Source of the DNA: Leptogorgia sarmentosa
Lineage: Eukaryota
Direction of reading: 5' to 3'
Assembly (NCBI GenBank): GCA_964658305.1
Contig: OZ210884.1
Location: forward strand, 5,952,001-6,016,000
Length of the DNA stretch: 64,000 bases
Position numbers and translations under genes: made by a program. Position 1 is the first letter of the stretch. The number at the start of each line of letters is the position of its first letter. The notes under the pieces were generated by a model. The model searched no databases. It saw nothing but the letters and a program-made list of their open reading frames with translations, and was not told the origin of the DNA. This document shows positions 25,126 through 39,600 of the stretch, one piece after another.

Positions 25126-27595
25126 TCCATGGGGGCAATTACTCCCCTCCCGCAGATATATAGTTGAAAAAAGCACCGTTTGCAGTGGCGTAGCTAGGCT
25201 AGAACTTCAGAGGAGAGTGTTTATATCTAGATTCATTCACTTACATTCTTAGTTATATACATCCCCCTTTATAGCAATTACCACTATCGTTGCGAAAATA
25301 TAGGAGGGGGTTTTCTTGCAAATTGTGGAAAAATTAACGTATGTTTATGTAGCTAATGTCTTTATATTATATGTTATTGACTATTCCCGATATTGAGGGA
25401 TAACCGCCACACGATCCAATATAATTTATTACACAAAGTATAAAACCTCCGGACACTACAGCAGAAGTGTTATTCAGTCTATAGGTTTTTGGATCGCTGG
25501 ATTCATTATTTCTTTAAAGAAAACTGGAAAAGGTATGTTGATCTGCTCCTATTTTTCATCACAACCGTATTAAATTGCCTACTATGTCTTGCACGCACAC
25601 CACTGAGAGTATTAATAATTAATTGCCTGAAATTAGTTCGAATAATTGAATTGTTCAACAGACGAAATGAATTAGTTAAAAGTTTGTTTTACTATAATAT
25701 ATAATTCTTGAAAGAACCAGGCAATCCAGTAATTTCGGGATAATAATCTGAGATCTTTGACGGAGCCTAATTTTAAACACTCGGCTCTTTCAGGCCAGTG
25801 TATTTAGATTACAAGCTTAAGATTTTTATGAAGGGTGGAGCCTAAATCGAGGATAATGCACCTCGTTGAACTCTAAGGTGAGCTTAATTAGAATCAGACA
25901 TACTGTAAAATGTTGCACAAAATAGTTTTATAATACTAGCCAGAAGACACAATCTATTGGAGCACACGTTAGTACAATCGACATCATGTTCACGCCCTAT
26001 TCAAATGTAACCGCATTATAAGCAAGGTAATTTAGGAACCTTACCCACAGCAGTTTAGGCCAATCCATTACTTCATTGATTAATTAATTTTGCTTACACA
26101 ATGGCAATTAAAGGAGGCAATTGTTTATTCCTCTTTCTAATAAATTGCATTCTAAATTTACAGGTGACGAAGAAAATGGCAAAATTTGAGAATAATAGTG
26201 ATGGATTGCAAAACAGGTCAGTCTGATCATTGAATAATAAGTTTTGCTTGACGCCAGTACTAGTGTTCCAACAAATCCGTCCTGGCCCCTGGCGTGGAGG
26301 GGGGGGGGAGATATTCTTAGAGATATTACTCTCTTTTTAGTCTCTTGCTTATTACAGGAAATCGGCCGGGTTAAGGTGTTAGTTTAGGGCTTCAAAATTC
26401 CTAGCAATGCCGCCCCTTGGGGGAACGGAGAGAGGGAAAATTTTGTGTGACACCGAGAAACATTAAGAGTTTTACTGAAGAAAGATTATGGTCTATATAA
26501 ATGCACGTTACAAGAATATGATAATTCAAAACTGAAACTTTAAGAATGTTGACTGATTTTTACTTGAAGGTTTATTTCACTTCTGAAATAATTGCATATG
26601 ACAATTGATAATTCCCATTCGGCCAAGGATAATTCTCAATCACTTCAAAGACATAAAAATTTATGTTCTCATTATTATAACCTTAAATTAAATACACCCA
26701 TCGTACCCCGCGGTTTAACTTTTTAGCTGCTCCAACCTTCTGGGGCCAAGGGCCTATGTTGCTTTGTGTACCAGATGTAGTGATATGCGGTTCCTGTTCC
26801 CAATAAACTACCCTTGTCTAGATAATAATGTAAATAAAAGTGAATTCCATAAGATATTCTTTAAATCTACACAAATGTTACAATTCTAGCTTTTGGCGCA
26901 GAAATACATACTTGAAATCTTTAATACTGCATACGATCATCGTTTTTTTAGCATATAAAAAGTCCTGCTTATAAGATTACTGAAATGAATATACTGAAAA
27001 CATAATTTTAAATAAACAGTTAAAATTTCATCGTTATAGCTTTACATTGCAGTTCTTGGTCAATTTCGTGCCGATCAGCCTGGTATCACCATGGACGTAA
27101 CGACCAACTGAGACCACGTAACAATTTAAGGTTAATTAAGACGCAACCAGGACTAAAATGAAGGAAAATCCCCACAAGAACATGTCTCCCGAAAAGTAGA
27201 CTAATTTTGCAAATTTTTAACTATAAATATCTAATACACCGTTCCAGCAAGTAATGAGGGCAAAACCAAAGAAAAGAGGAATAAAAGACCCCAAAAAGGC
27301 CATTTCCGATGATCTGAAACCTCAAATTCTAAAACAATTTTCAGTCGCCGCCAACCATGGTTGCGTCTCGTAGGCTCCAACTTCACGGAACTACTATTAC
27401 GTTGCTATGTCCATGAAGACTAGAATACCTGGCACACCAAGTAATAAATAGCTAGACAAAGGGGGGAATTTGTGCATTCTCCATCTTTAAATTTGCTAAA
27501 AATGTTTTGAACCATTAAATATTCGCGCGTTGAAAAGAAGCTTTGAAGTTTATTTGGTAAACCAAATTACCAAATAAAACGTAATTGTGAAACGT

Positions 27596-27666
27596 ATGAT
27601 GCATATAAAACGTAATTGTATAACGAAACGTACTGTGGAATATGTAAAATTAGTGACATGTTCCAG
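27596..27666 (+). CDS. Copy B exon 1 (MMHIKRNCITKRTVEYVKLVTCS)
   Basis: ATG at 27596, cag|GTaagg donor, phase 2 in frame with exon 2. Confidence 0.7.
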
Positions 27667-30600
27667 GTAAGGTTGAATCGCAACAAGTCTGGGCGAGAAA
27701 TGTTTTGTAGGAATAGCATTTGAACAAAATCAAAATGGTCTACGAACATAATTTATTTAAGGGATTCACAAAGGACGTTTTAACGTTCCTAACAGCTGTA
27801 CATTACAACATCTTTTTTTTATTTTTTACTTGTTAGCAACAAACCAAATGTCTACAATGAAGTCGAATACTTATACCGGCAGCAAACACAATCTTGGTTT
27901 GAAAATGGGTGTCTTCGGCACTGGGCATGGTGTCAAAAACTCTTTATTGTATTCCTTGAAAAGCTTTTTGAAAAAACCGCCCTCTTTATTTCGCGGCGGC
28001 CATTTCATATCATATTCACATGCCTGTTTGTTGCCATTGTCTTTACCTGTGGATTTGTGAAGTTAGAGCCCGAAGAAAATGTAAAATACTTGTTCCTGCC
28101 AGAAAACAGCGAAGCATCGCAGGATATACGCAAGGCACGAGATTTGGGATTTGAGCTTGAAGTGCGACAAGAGGAGATTATTTTTTTACCAAAACAAAAC
28201 AAGTCTGTTCTTTCGGAGGAATGTTTGTCCGAAATGATTGATTTACACAAAATAATCACAAAAATAAAGCTTTACGAGAAATATTGTTATAAACCACATC
28301 CAACTATCCCTTGTGCCTCCGTAAATTTGTTAGAAATTTTCGGTTACCATAGAAATAACTTGAACAATATTCAACAACACATCAAGCAATTGCTTGACAA
28401 CGATGTTTTTCTAATGACGAATGGAAGACGACTTCAAGATAATTACAATGCAATATTTGGAAAAGCTGCTTCGAATGGTAAACTTGATTCAGCAGATGCC
28501 CTGAGAATTGTTTACTATATGAGAGAATACAGAAGAGAGGACGAAAACAGAAAGCATGTTTTGGACTGGGAGATGGAATATTTGAACGCTGTTTCATCTT
28601 TTGCACAAAACACAACTTGTGTAAACATTTTTTATGCAGCAGAACGAAGCCTGGATGATTCAGTGGCAGAAAGTACTGGTTCTGATATCAAGTTCTTTTC
28701 GCTGACTTTCACAATCATGGGAATTTTTAGTGGAATAATAAACGGTAGATGTGCAGATTCTCGCTATGGACATCAACTTTTGGGATTTACTGCTTTGTTA
28801 TCTATCTATTTGGGTGTCACCTCGGCGCTTGGCTTCTTGTTGTTCTTCGATGTTCCTTTTGTCAGTATGGTTGGGGTTTTGCCATTTTTAGTCGTTAGTA
28901 TTGGCATTGATGACGTGTTTATTATTCTACATGAACTGAACGAATTAGTCCGTCAAAATCTTCCAGCTAGGTATATGCTTAGCGGTACAATGGCTAGAAG
29001 TGGTCCAACTATTACCATGACAACCCTCACTGACCTGGTAGCATTTGCTGTTAGCTGTCGTTCTATCTTTCCCGCGATTCGTTATTTTTGCACATACGCG
29101 GCGCTGACGATTTGGACAGCATTTCTTATGCTGATGACATTTTTTGTTGGATGCATGTGGTTTGATATCAAACGAATTAACGCGCGTCGTCGAGATATGG
29201 CACCTTGTGTAATGGTGGGACCGCCTAGGAGCTGCTGTATTGGTTTCAAAACGCATGGATTTGACAACGTGATGAGATCATGGGGCAAGATAATAACATC
29301 TCCAAAAGCAAAAATTATCGTCTGTCTGTGTTCTTTGCTGCTCTTGTCTGCTGGTATTTATGGCGCTCTCAATATTGATGAAAGTTTTAGCAGACAGTTA
29401 CTAACAACTGAAAAATCACACTACCGGGAATACCTGAACGTTTTTGAAGAAAAATTTCATCTCACTATTCCAGTTGATGTTATCTTCCCCGGACAGGCGA
29501 GCCAATCCAGTCAAGACATTCAAAAAATGTATTCAGAAGTTCAAAATATCGCTGAGCGTAATGCGTATTTTCTTTCCGAAAGTATTTCTTGGATGTCAGA
29601 ATACAGGTCATGGGCAAACAAACAGAATATTGACATAAATGACACCATTACTTTCTACAATACCTTGCCACATTTTATTTCTTTGCCACAATATTTAAGG
29701 TTTGCCGAAGATTTAAAATTTTCCAAAAACAAAACGCATTTGACAGCTTCAAGAATGTTGTTGTTCTCCAAGAGTAACCCTGCTTCCAGTTTTCAAAGAG
29801 ATATGATGCTCAGCATAAGACAGGATCTCTCTCGTGCGGCAGATGTCAATGCATTTGCCATTACCCTACCTTTCATCTACTTTGAACAATTTGCTAATGT
29901 CCTTAATGAAACTGCGAGGAATTTGGTCGTTGCAGGAATCTCAATTCTTTTGATATCATCCCTGTTCCTGAATCATTTTATCATAATAATTTGTCTTTTG
30001 TGGGGATTTTTAGCTCTTATTCTTGAGCTTCTTGGACTGATGTACATATGGAATGTCTCTCTGAACTCAATTTCTATGATAAATCTTGTTATGGCTCTAG
30101 GATTTTCCGTGGATTACAACGCACATGTGGCCTATCATTTTGTTTCGTCGAAGGAGACCTCTGCAGAGAATCGTGTTATTGACTCAATTGGCAAAATTGG
30201 GGGCAGTGTTTTTCTCGGAGGTCTGAGTACTTTCCTTGGAATGATGCCTACAGGATTTGCTTCCTCTACTGTCTTTGTAACATTCTTCAAGATGTTTGTT
30301 GGCATTGTGGTTCTTGGTCTGCTGCATGGCTTAGTTATATTGCCCGTGTACCTGACACTTCTGGGAAAGCTGTTCGACTTTCGTGAAATGGACATCGATT
30401 CGTTCATAATGAAATGGTTCAAACATGTAGGGAAACGTAAATTCTACGAAATTACTGACACAACCTCTTCCAAGTATGTTGTAAAAGCTAAAAATCCCAT
30501 TGCTGCTGCTATAGTTGGCATTGGTTGCCGCTTTCCTGGAGGGACAAACAGTAAAGATGAATTCTGGAATATGCCGGTTGAAGGACGTTGTGGTATTGGA

Positions 30601-33600
30601 TCTTTTCCAAAAAATAGACCTGACTCAGAAGAATTCATGGATTCTTTTAATCCTGGACGGAATACTCCTGGAAAACACTACGTGCTTACTGGAGCATTTC
30701 TTGAAAAAATTACGGGATTTGATGCTCAGTTCTTTGGAATAACTCCCGCCGAGTGCCGTCAATTAGATCCACAACAACGCTTACTTCTTCAAGTTGTTTA
30801 CGAAGCAATTGAAGATGCAGGAATGCGCCTTGAAGATTTGCAACAATGCCGAACCGGCGTTTATGTTGGATTAATGAACTTAGAATATGGTTCGCTTGTT
30901 TTAGAGTCATCCAACATTCGAACCATTGATCAATTTTCGCCCACAGGTTGTGCCATGTCCGTTATTGCCAATCGCATTTCTTTCGCATTCAATCTTACTG
31001 GGCCCAGTTTAACACTGGATACAGCCTGTTCGTCATCCTTGGTGGCCTTCGACGTTGCCTTTGGACACCTACAAACTGGTGAATGTGACGTAGCAATTGT
31101 ATGTGCACCAAATATTCTTCTTACGGGTAGAAAATTTCACCTGGCATGCTGCAGGGCAGGACTGTTGGCCCAAGACGGTCGTTGCAAGAGTTTTGATATA
31201 ACAGGAGATGGATATGGTCGAGGCGAAGGTGTTGCTGCTGTATTGATTAAACCAACCCAAACGGCTCTGGATGACCGAGATGATATTTATGCGGAGGTTT
31301 TAGCTTGTGGTGTGAATAACGATGGACAAACAGCAATTCCATTAACAGCTCCTAGCGAAGTTACACAAGCCGTTTTGTTCGAAAGAGTTCTTCGAGAATC
31401 AGGTCTGTCCAAGGATGACATACAGTACGTTGAGGCTCATGGCACTGGTACAGCTATTGGTGACGTCGTCGAAATGGGATCATTGGCTGCAATTTACGGG
31501 CATAGTAGCAGCCGCATACTTCGCTTAGGATCCGTGAAATCTAATATAAACCACACCGAATCAACTGCAGGTTTAGCTGGCTTGATAAAAACGTGTCTTA
31601 TGATAAAACATGCTCAATATGTTCCGACAATCAACGTTCATGAAGTTAAGCCTCAGCTCAGAATGACTGAGAGAAGAATGATGGTTCAAACTAGTAATGA
31701 GCCGTGGAATTGCAATTCTGGGACTGGCAGAGCAGCTGCCGTCTCATCCTACGGCTTTGGTGGTTCTAATGCTCACCTTATCGTCCGAGAGGTTACCAGG
31801 AAACCTGTTTCAGTATTTCCTACTAGACCAGTATCTAACAGAGTTATGACGTTGTCTGCTACTTCAAAAGATGCTTTAAAAGTCCTGGCCATGAAAGTAT
31901 CGCAGTCTTTCAGAACGAAACCAGATGATGACGAACTTCTCAAGGACAACATTTGTTATTCCCTGAATGAGAGATACACTCAACATCAAAATCGTTTGGC
32001 TGTCAGTTTTTCTTCTTTTCAAGACGCAGCAAATGCTTTGGAAAAGTTCACAAATGAGGATGAAGGGTTTGAAGAAGTGGTAGCTACTGGTCACGTAACT
32101 GCATCCCGTAATAAAGTCGCCTTTCTGTATGGTGGTCAAGGAGCTCAATGGTTTGGAATGGCAAAGGAATTGTTAGTTCATGAGCCAAAGTTCAAGGAAA
32201 GTATTGAAAAGATTGATGACCTCCTGAAACGGTACAAATCTTCGTGGTCCTTACTAAATGAGCTTCAAAAGCCGGAAGAAACGTCCCGCCTAAACGAAAA
32301 TCCCATCGGGCAGACGGCGTTGTTTGCTGTACATTTTGCCTTAACTGAATTACTGGAATCGTGGGGTGTCACACCATCAGCTGTTGTTGGCCATAGTCTT
32401 GGGGAAATATCGGCTGCTTGGGCTTCCGGAGCTTTGCGTTTACATAAAGCTTTGCAATTGGTTTTATTTCGATCGCATCTTCACGAGAAGTGTTCACCGA
32501 CAGGTTGTATGGCTGCCATTGGTCTTTCAAAAGCTGATGCTGAAAAAATGTTGAAGGAACTTCAGGTAGAGAATGAAGTTGATGTTGCGGTGATGAATAG
32601 TCCTGGAAACATCGTCTTATCTGGTTCTAAAGCGTCAATGGAAATCGTTGAAAATCACGTGAAAACTGCGCGAAGTGATGTTTTCTGGAAAAAACTTTCC
32701 ACAATACGAGCCTATCATAGCCAAGAAATGGAAGAAATCAAAGAATCTTTCGACAAAACCACCAGTGAATTCCGCGTACGTCAAACATCAAGTAATATAC
32801 CATTTTACTCAACAGTAACAGGCACCCAGTTGTCTGGTCAGCTTCTCTCCTTGGACCATTGGTGGCAAAATATCCGACAACCTGTTCTGTTTGAGCATGC
32901 CATAAAAACCATGTTTGCTGATGGCTACCAATTTTTCATTGAAATCAACGCTGCCCCTCAACTTTCATACCATGTTCGCCAGACGTGGTTCCGCAGTCAA
33001 ACAGCAAAGTCCTTGCGTACGAATGAGGTTTTTGTGATTCAAACTATTCCGAAACGCACAGCAAGTCATCAGCACTTGTCTTTTCTTCAAAACTGTGTTG
33101 CTCATCTCTATACCCATGGTGTGCCCATATCCTGGAACAAAGTGCAAGGTTTAGGTTCAAAAACATTCTTTCCACGTCCAACATACCCATGGCAAGAAAC
33201 AGAGTTTTGGTACCGTGATGAACGTCCTTTGGAATTTGTTACGTTTTTGAATAAACCCAAAGCAGAAGGAAACGATCGGGTTGTCTCCTTCCATCCCCTT
33301 CTTGGAAATGCAGTACCAACAGAAACGTTTGCTGGCATACGTGCGTGGGAGTCTGAAATGAATTTACATGATCTGCCATACTTGAACGATCACAAATTCT
33401 CTGGTTTTCCTGATCCTGTGATTCCAGCGGCCGTTTATGTGGAAATGGCATTGGCAATGTCATTAGATCTGTCTCCTAATTCAGCGCCAGATATACACAA
33501 CATTGCCTTCAAGAATCTGCTGACTGTATCCAGTATCGAGTCACATATAATTAGAACACGTCTTTTACCAGAAGAATATCCAAGTAAAGAAAATATGTTT

Positions 33601-36600
33601 CAAATTACTATCGTTCAAGACTTTGGTGACGAAGTGATTCTTTCTGATGGTGGCATATATGTAGATGCTTGTTATGGCTATGCGAACCAAGGTATGACAA
33701 GGTTTTAAGCCCCCAGTTACACGATACCGGATTACTATCGGAGCGGCTGTTCCAATGTGGATTTAGCTCTTTTGTGATAATATCGAGAGAGAAGACTGGA
33801 AAGTGTCCTAAATTGATGTCACTCCGATGCAAATCCGCGGCATGGTGTAACTGGGAACTAATAAATCAGATGTTGGACAGTCGTCCAGCGAATTGAAACT
33901 CCTGTTTCGTCGACAACTTATTTAGTAAAAAACGTATCCCCTGATTAAGCAGATATGAAAAGCCGTTGGAGTTCCACATAAAGAATAACCTCCATAATAA
34001 AATGTTCACTGTTTTAAAGTTAAATTAAATGGATACTTTTATATTTAATTTTTCTTTGACTTTTTTTCTAGAAATTTCCCGACAAGGAGATCCTAAGAAT
34101 TTTGACATCTTAAAATCAGCAATGATTCAAAGGTCAAAAGAAGATATAGAGAAAAAACGCGAAGAGTTGAGTTTTGCATTTGGTCCCCAATTTGATTTGA
34201 TAACCGATCCATGGTCAAACGACACAGAAGCACTATCTTGCATAGTCCCGACTGAAGAGATTTTTAAAGAAGCGTCATTTTATGTTATCCACCCGACATT
34301 GATTGATGCGTGTTTCCAAACAATTCTTCTGCTCAGTAATCAAGCTGGTAAATTTGTTCCCCAGAAAGTCACTCGTGTCACCATGCTGCAAAAGCTCTCG
34401 TGTATCGAACAGTTTTATGTCCACACCAAATTGGTGGAATCTGAGAAAACACCAACCTACAACATCACCCTGATGGATCGGTATTCGAGACCTTTATTAT
34501 TCATTGAAAAGCTTATCTTTGCCGAAATCTCAGCAAATAAAAGCAAAATTAGTTTTGAAAACACGTCTTTCACATTCGGGTGGGAGGCAGCAACAATTGA
34601 AACTCCAAAATCGAGTGCACGTGAAGGTAATGTTTGGTTGATTCTCAGGGATCAAAACAAATATGCTGAACAGTTTTCTCACTGTATCCCTGCTGAGAGT
34701 GTTCTTTTTGTTGATATACAAGATACTTCAAACAAAACACGTGAAACATTTTCTGAAGCACTGGATGCAGCCCTGGCAAAAATGGAAAACGAAGAAAAGT
34801 TACTGGTGATGAATTTCTGGCCAGTAGATTGCAGTACCTTTGATGTTGGAACCCAAAACTTCGATGCAACTCATGCCCTTGCATTTGAAAGCTGTCTTTT
34901 AATTTCGCAAGAAATTGCGAAAAGAGAGATAGAAAATATCCAACTAGTCTTTGTCACCTCAGGAGTTGTTACCATTCCTCAGCACAACCGCTATCCAAGC
35001 ATGGATAATTTAGATGCTTTTCCATGGTCTGCTTCTGTGCTTGGATTCAGGAGAACTTTCTCGGAGGAAATCACAGCAATTAACGCTTCTGTGGTGGATT
35101 TACCTAACAATCCCGGCGACGATGATTTTCTATCCCTGGCAGAAGACGTACGAAAAGGGACAATGGAAGAAGAAATTGTCTATAGAGATGGCTTACGATA
35201 TGCCAATCGATTCAGGAAGTTGAGTTTGGGTGAGAGAAAAATTTCGAAAGATGAATCTCCTGTAACGACTGATGGTAAACAAAAGCCTTTCAAGGTGACA
35301 AGCATGTCGGGGAGATGGTTTCTTCAAAAAACGTCTGAAGAACGAATGAATGGAAAAACAAAAATTGACATCCATTTCGCTTGTCCAGTCCTTCAAAAGC
35401 CGTGGTGTGACCTGAAAACGAATGATCGCGTAGCATTTGCAGGAAGTTTATGTGATGGTCAGATCAAAGCACGAAATGGCTTCGTACTCGGCGTTTGTAA
35501 AATTGATGACTTGGGCAGTTGCGTTGACGCAGAAAAATGCTGTTTAACAAAGATAGAAGACAACATCAATGCTCGGCAGGCGGTATCTCTCGGTTTCCCA
35601 CTGGTAATGTCCTATTATATTCTCACCAATCTCGTTAACGATGCACCAGGAAAGAATGTCCTCATCTATCACGAGAACGAGGAGATATGCTGCATTTTTG
35701 CATGCGTTGCGCTGTGCTTTGATGTTAAAATCGTGATTCTCGCCAAGGATCGAAAAAGTAAGGAACGAATAACGAATACATACGATTTAGCGGTTGTAAC
35801 TGCAGATGAAATAGCAAGAGCAGAATGGAATTCGAGCGTGGTGGAATTCGACGCTGTTTGCCTCCTAAGTAAAAACAGCGCATATCTCTACCGTCAAATA
35901 ATGAATCATCTTAAACATGGCGCCAACGTAATCACTCTATGTCGAGATGAAAATATCAAGTTTATCCCGTTTGTTTATGGCAAAAATGTCCAATGTTTTA
36001 TGACCAATTTGCAAAATATCACCGAGAGCTCTAAAAACTTTGAAAAATTGTTGGGCTGCTGTTATACGCTTTTGAGATCAAAAAGCCTTCTGGAAAAACT
36101 TCTAAATATTCCTCAGAGAGTATCCAACATATACGACGTCATGAGCAATGAAATAAGAGAAAAAGAAATCGGTTTGTCCATAGTTTCATTCAAACCTGAA
36201 AATACTCCCGAAAAAGTGGCTTTCTACAGTTTACCACTGGATGCAAACGGTTTGAAAGATGATCGCACGTATCTTGTCATTGGGGGAGTTCGTGGTTTTG
36301 GTTTTGAAGTTGCAAAATGGATGGTTGAAAATGGCGCCAAAACAGTCGTATGTACAGCCCGATCACCGCCCAGCGAGGAAAAGGAAGCCGAGATTCAGCG
36401 CTTAGAGCAAGCGACTGGATCCCAGATTCTACTGAGACAAGCAGATGTTACATCGTGGAAAGACATGAATGTAATAAAGGATGAACTTGAGAGCTTGCCT
36501 GCTGTGGCTGGAATGGTTTTCACCGCTATGGTTCTGGCAGATCAGTTGCTCATCAACGCCGACTTAGAAACATGTAAAAAAGTTGTCGAGACAAAAGTAA

Positions 36601-39600
36601 AAGGTGAATTTTCCAACATATTTAATTATTTATAGCTCCTTTACATGATCAATTTAAATAAACACGGAAAGTCTCTAAATGAATTCCTCACGGTATAAGT
36701 TTTATCAACAATTTAGAATCAAACATTAGAAGAAATGTGGTAGGCTCTGACGGAAAACTGCTCCTCCACGTTTGCCATCGTGATGAAAAAAAGTCTATTG
36801 TCAAGCCGAATGTTTAAATTCGAATGATTTTTCAAGCTGACAAAGCAATTAAGCAACCGTATCGAATACACTCCAGTTGCAACAAAACATTATGTACTAC
36901 TTCACTACACTACTACAGGAGAAGTTCATATTATTGGTTCTTTCAATTTTTCCGTCGCTTTATAAAATCTTGTACTTTGTGACATGAAATTTATCGTTCA
37001 ATGCGGCAAATATTCTCGAGGACCAACACCAACCTACAACATTTATACTATATAAAGAAGTGAAAATCTGTCCCTGCGTTTTATACTACCAGTTTTATAC
37101 TACAGCTAATGCGCTTCATAACAAATTTCTTCATAACGATTTGATTGCCATTAAAGGGAGTGTTGTCCTTCATCAACTCAGTGTATCAATGGATTTGGAT
37201 TTCTTCATTATGTTTTCTTCAATTTCTGGTGTTCTTGGCAATGCTGGTCAAGTCGCTTACTCTGCAGCCAACTCATTCATGGACCAACTTTGCGAATATC
37301 GTCTACACAAACTTGGCCTGCCCGGACTTTCTGTCAACTGGGGACCAATTAGTGGTACAGGAGTGCTTGAAAGAAATACAGATATCACGCCAATACTTGA
37401 AGCAAGTGGATTCCATGTATTACACTACACAACAGGTATTTAGACCCATTCAACGGAACAAATGCTTCTTCATCGGGAGAGGGGTGTAAAAAACTGGGAA
37501 AAATATTACAGTTATCCATTGCATATTGAGATTACTGCATATATCTTTTCGATATGCCGTCATGAAAGAGATAGTGAAGTCTGTTTCTGTGCTTACTATA
37601 ACGCATAATTTAAATTCGTTCATCTCAATTTTGGACTGTATCGCTTATAATGATGGCCGAGGTAATGGATGCATGGGATTGCACTTCTCCTAATACATGC
37701 ACTACTATTAAGCAATTTAAAAATAATGCATTTTGGTTTTAGCAATTGAATTCCTCCAACGTGTTCTCCTCGAGCATTCGAACGAATCTCAAGTTTCCTT
37801 AGCTCCAATAAATTGGCGAGTTTATCTCAAGAAACATACTTCTCCAAGACTGCAGCTGATTCGTGAAGAGACACTGTTAGCCACTGATGAGAGCAAAGTC
37901 ATGACTCTGAAGGAGCTAGCCCTACTACCACTTGAACTCAGAGTGAAGTATGTTGAGGATTTTATCAAACGTTTGCTTTCCTCGTGGTCAGGAGCTGATC
38001 CCGCTGAGCTCGACTTAAACGTTGGGCTGCACAAATATGGAATTGACTCAATTGCCGCAACGAATATGAAACTTCAAATTGAGAATAATATCGGTGCTGT
38101 TTTTGAAGTAAGCATTTCTTTTGTCAAATCGACCTATGAATGCAGTTCGGTAGTATAATATTGCTACTACTAACCTGCACTTTGCTAACGTTCTTAACAT
38201 CATTTACAGACATACTATTTTATTCAACCAAAGACGAGTGGTCTGATTATTATTAACGACATCCTTGAACAAATCGAAAACATTGATGATGATGATGATG
38301 ACGACGGAAAATTTAATGTTATGCAATCGAGTAGCCTATTGTCTGAAAAACAAAATAAAAGTGATTCGTTACATGGGAAAAGCATCGAGCTAGATAATCA
38401 AGCGAATGAAGCCATTGAAGAAGTGGAGATGGTTGAAGAGAACGACGTTCCCGAATCGATCAAGGAAAAAGTCATTCCACTCTATGCTCCAGATGACGCA
38501 GTTGTAAAAGTGTTTATGGTTCATGGCAGCCAGAAGTCAGCGCTGGTATTGGGAACATTCGCACTTGGTTTTCAACAACAGGTAAGCAGATATTTCTTTG
38601 ACTTTAGCATAAACACTCTGCGATATAACAAAGTGCAATGCGTGTCAGTGTTTATACTTTATAGTGACACTTTTGATGCATGAGTCTAATTTTTCCGACT
38701 AGTCTAAAAGTATTGCAAACGAAATTAAAGTTAAGTTAAGTTAAAAATTGTCGAAATTCCACATTTTTCGAACTTTTCCAGGATTCATGAAGCTTTGTTT
38801 TATATTTATTTAAGAGTATACTGCAAGCAGACTGTTCTGAACAGTGATGGATTTTTATTCAGTGTCATATTTTGGAATTAAATTTCGCAGTTCGAAATGT
38901 AGACAAATCTTCTGTGTAGCTATATTACAGATTTGAGTTCCCCTTGAGATTTTTTTAGTGTGAACAGTTAAACTTATCATCCATTAGCAAAAGACACTTG
39001 GAGTCGTTACAGACTAATATTCTTATAATGTGATTGCGTTTGCTATCAACATGCTGAATTTTGTTTCAGACTAAGGTTGCATTGTATGGCATTGGGGTGG
39101 ATGATACCTTTTTGGTGACAAGTCATTATGGTACAGTTTTGACACTCGCTCAAAGATATGTAAATCTGATACAAAAAATCCAGCCACGTGGTCCATATTA
39201 CCTCGGTAAGAGAAAAAATTGTAATATCTAGGCAACTTTGTCACCACTCTTAAAACCACCATTCAAAGTGCATATTTTATAATGCAAGAAGAGCATGTCT
39301 TGCTTATGCCTATATTCCATATGAATTTTTCCACAACAAAACAATATGTGGAAGACTGTTTGTTGTTCGCATAAAAAATACTCAGTCATTACAACATTGG
39401 GCATGAGTGTTATTTTTTCTAGCGGGTTATTCCTTCGGTGGTATGGTAGCGTACGAAATGGCGAGTGAGCTAACACGGAATAACGAATCCGTCGCAATGG
39501 TCTTCATGGTGGATACATATCCCTGGTTTCCCAAAGCATTGACTAATTGCAGTGAATACATTACAAAATGCGTAGAACTAAACTTGAAGATACTGGAAAT

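Larger units (their letters stand above)
23692..33691 (+). repeat. Right arm of inverted duplication (copy B upstream region and exons 1-2)
   Basis: Colinear with the reverse complement of 987-12089, with indels and a MITE insertion. Confidence 0.85.

Noticed and set aside
28057..28059. GTG at 28057 (and 6621) or ATG at 34029 as true start codons
   Set aside because: The frame is open upstream of 28057/6621 to a splice acceptor, and 34029 lies in the intron 2 pyrimidine tract.
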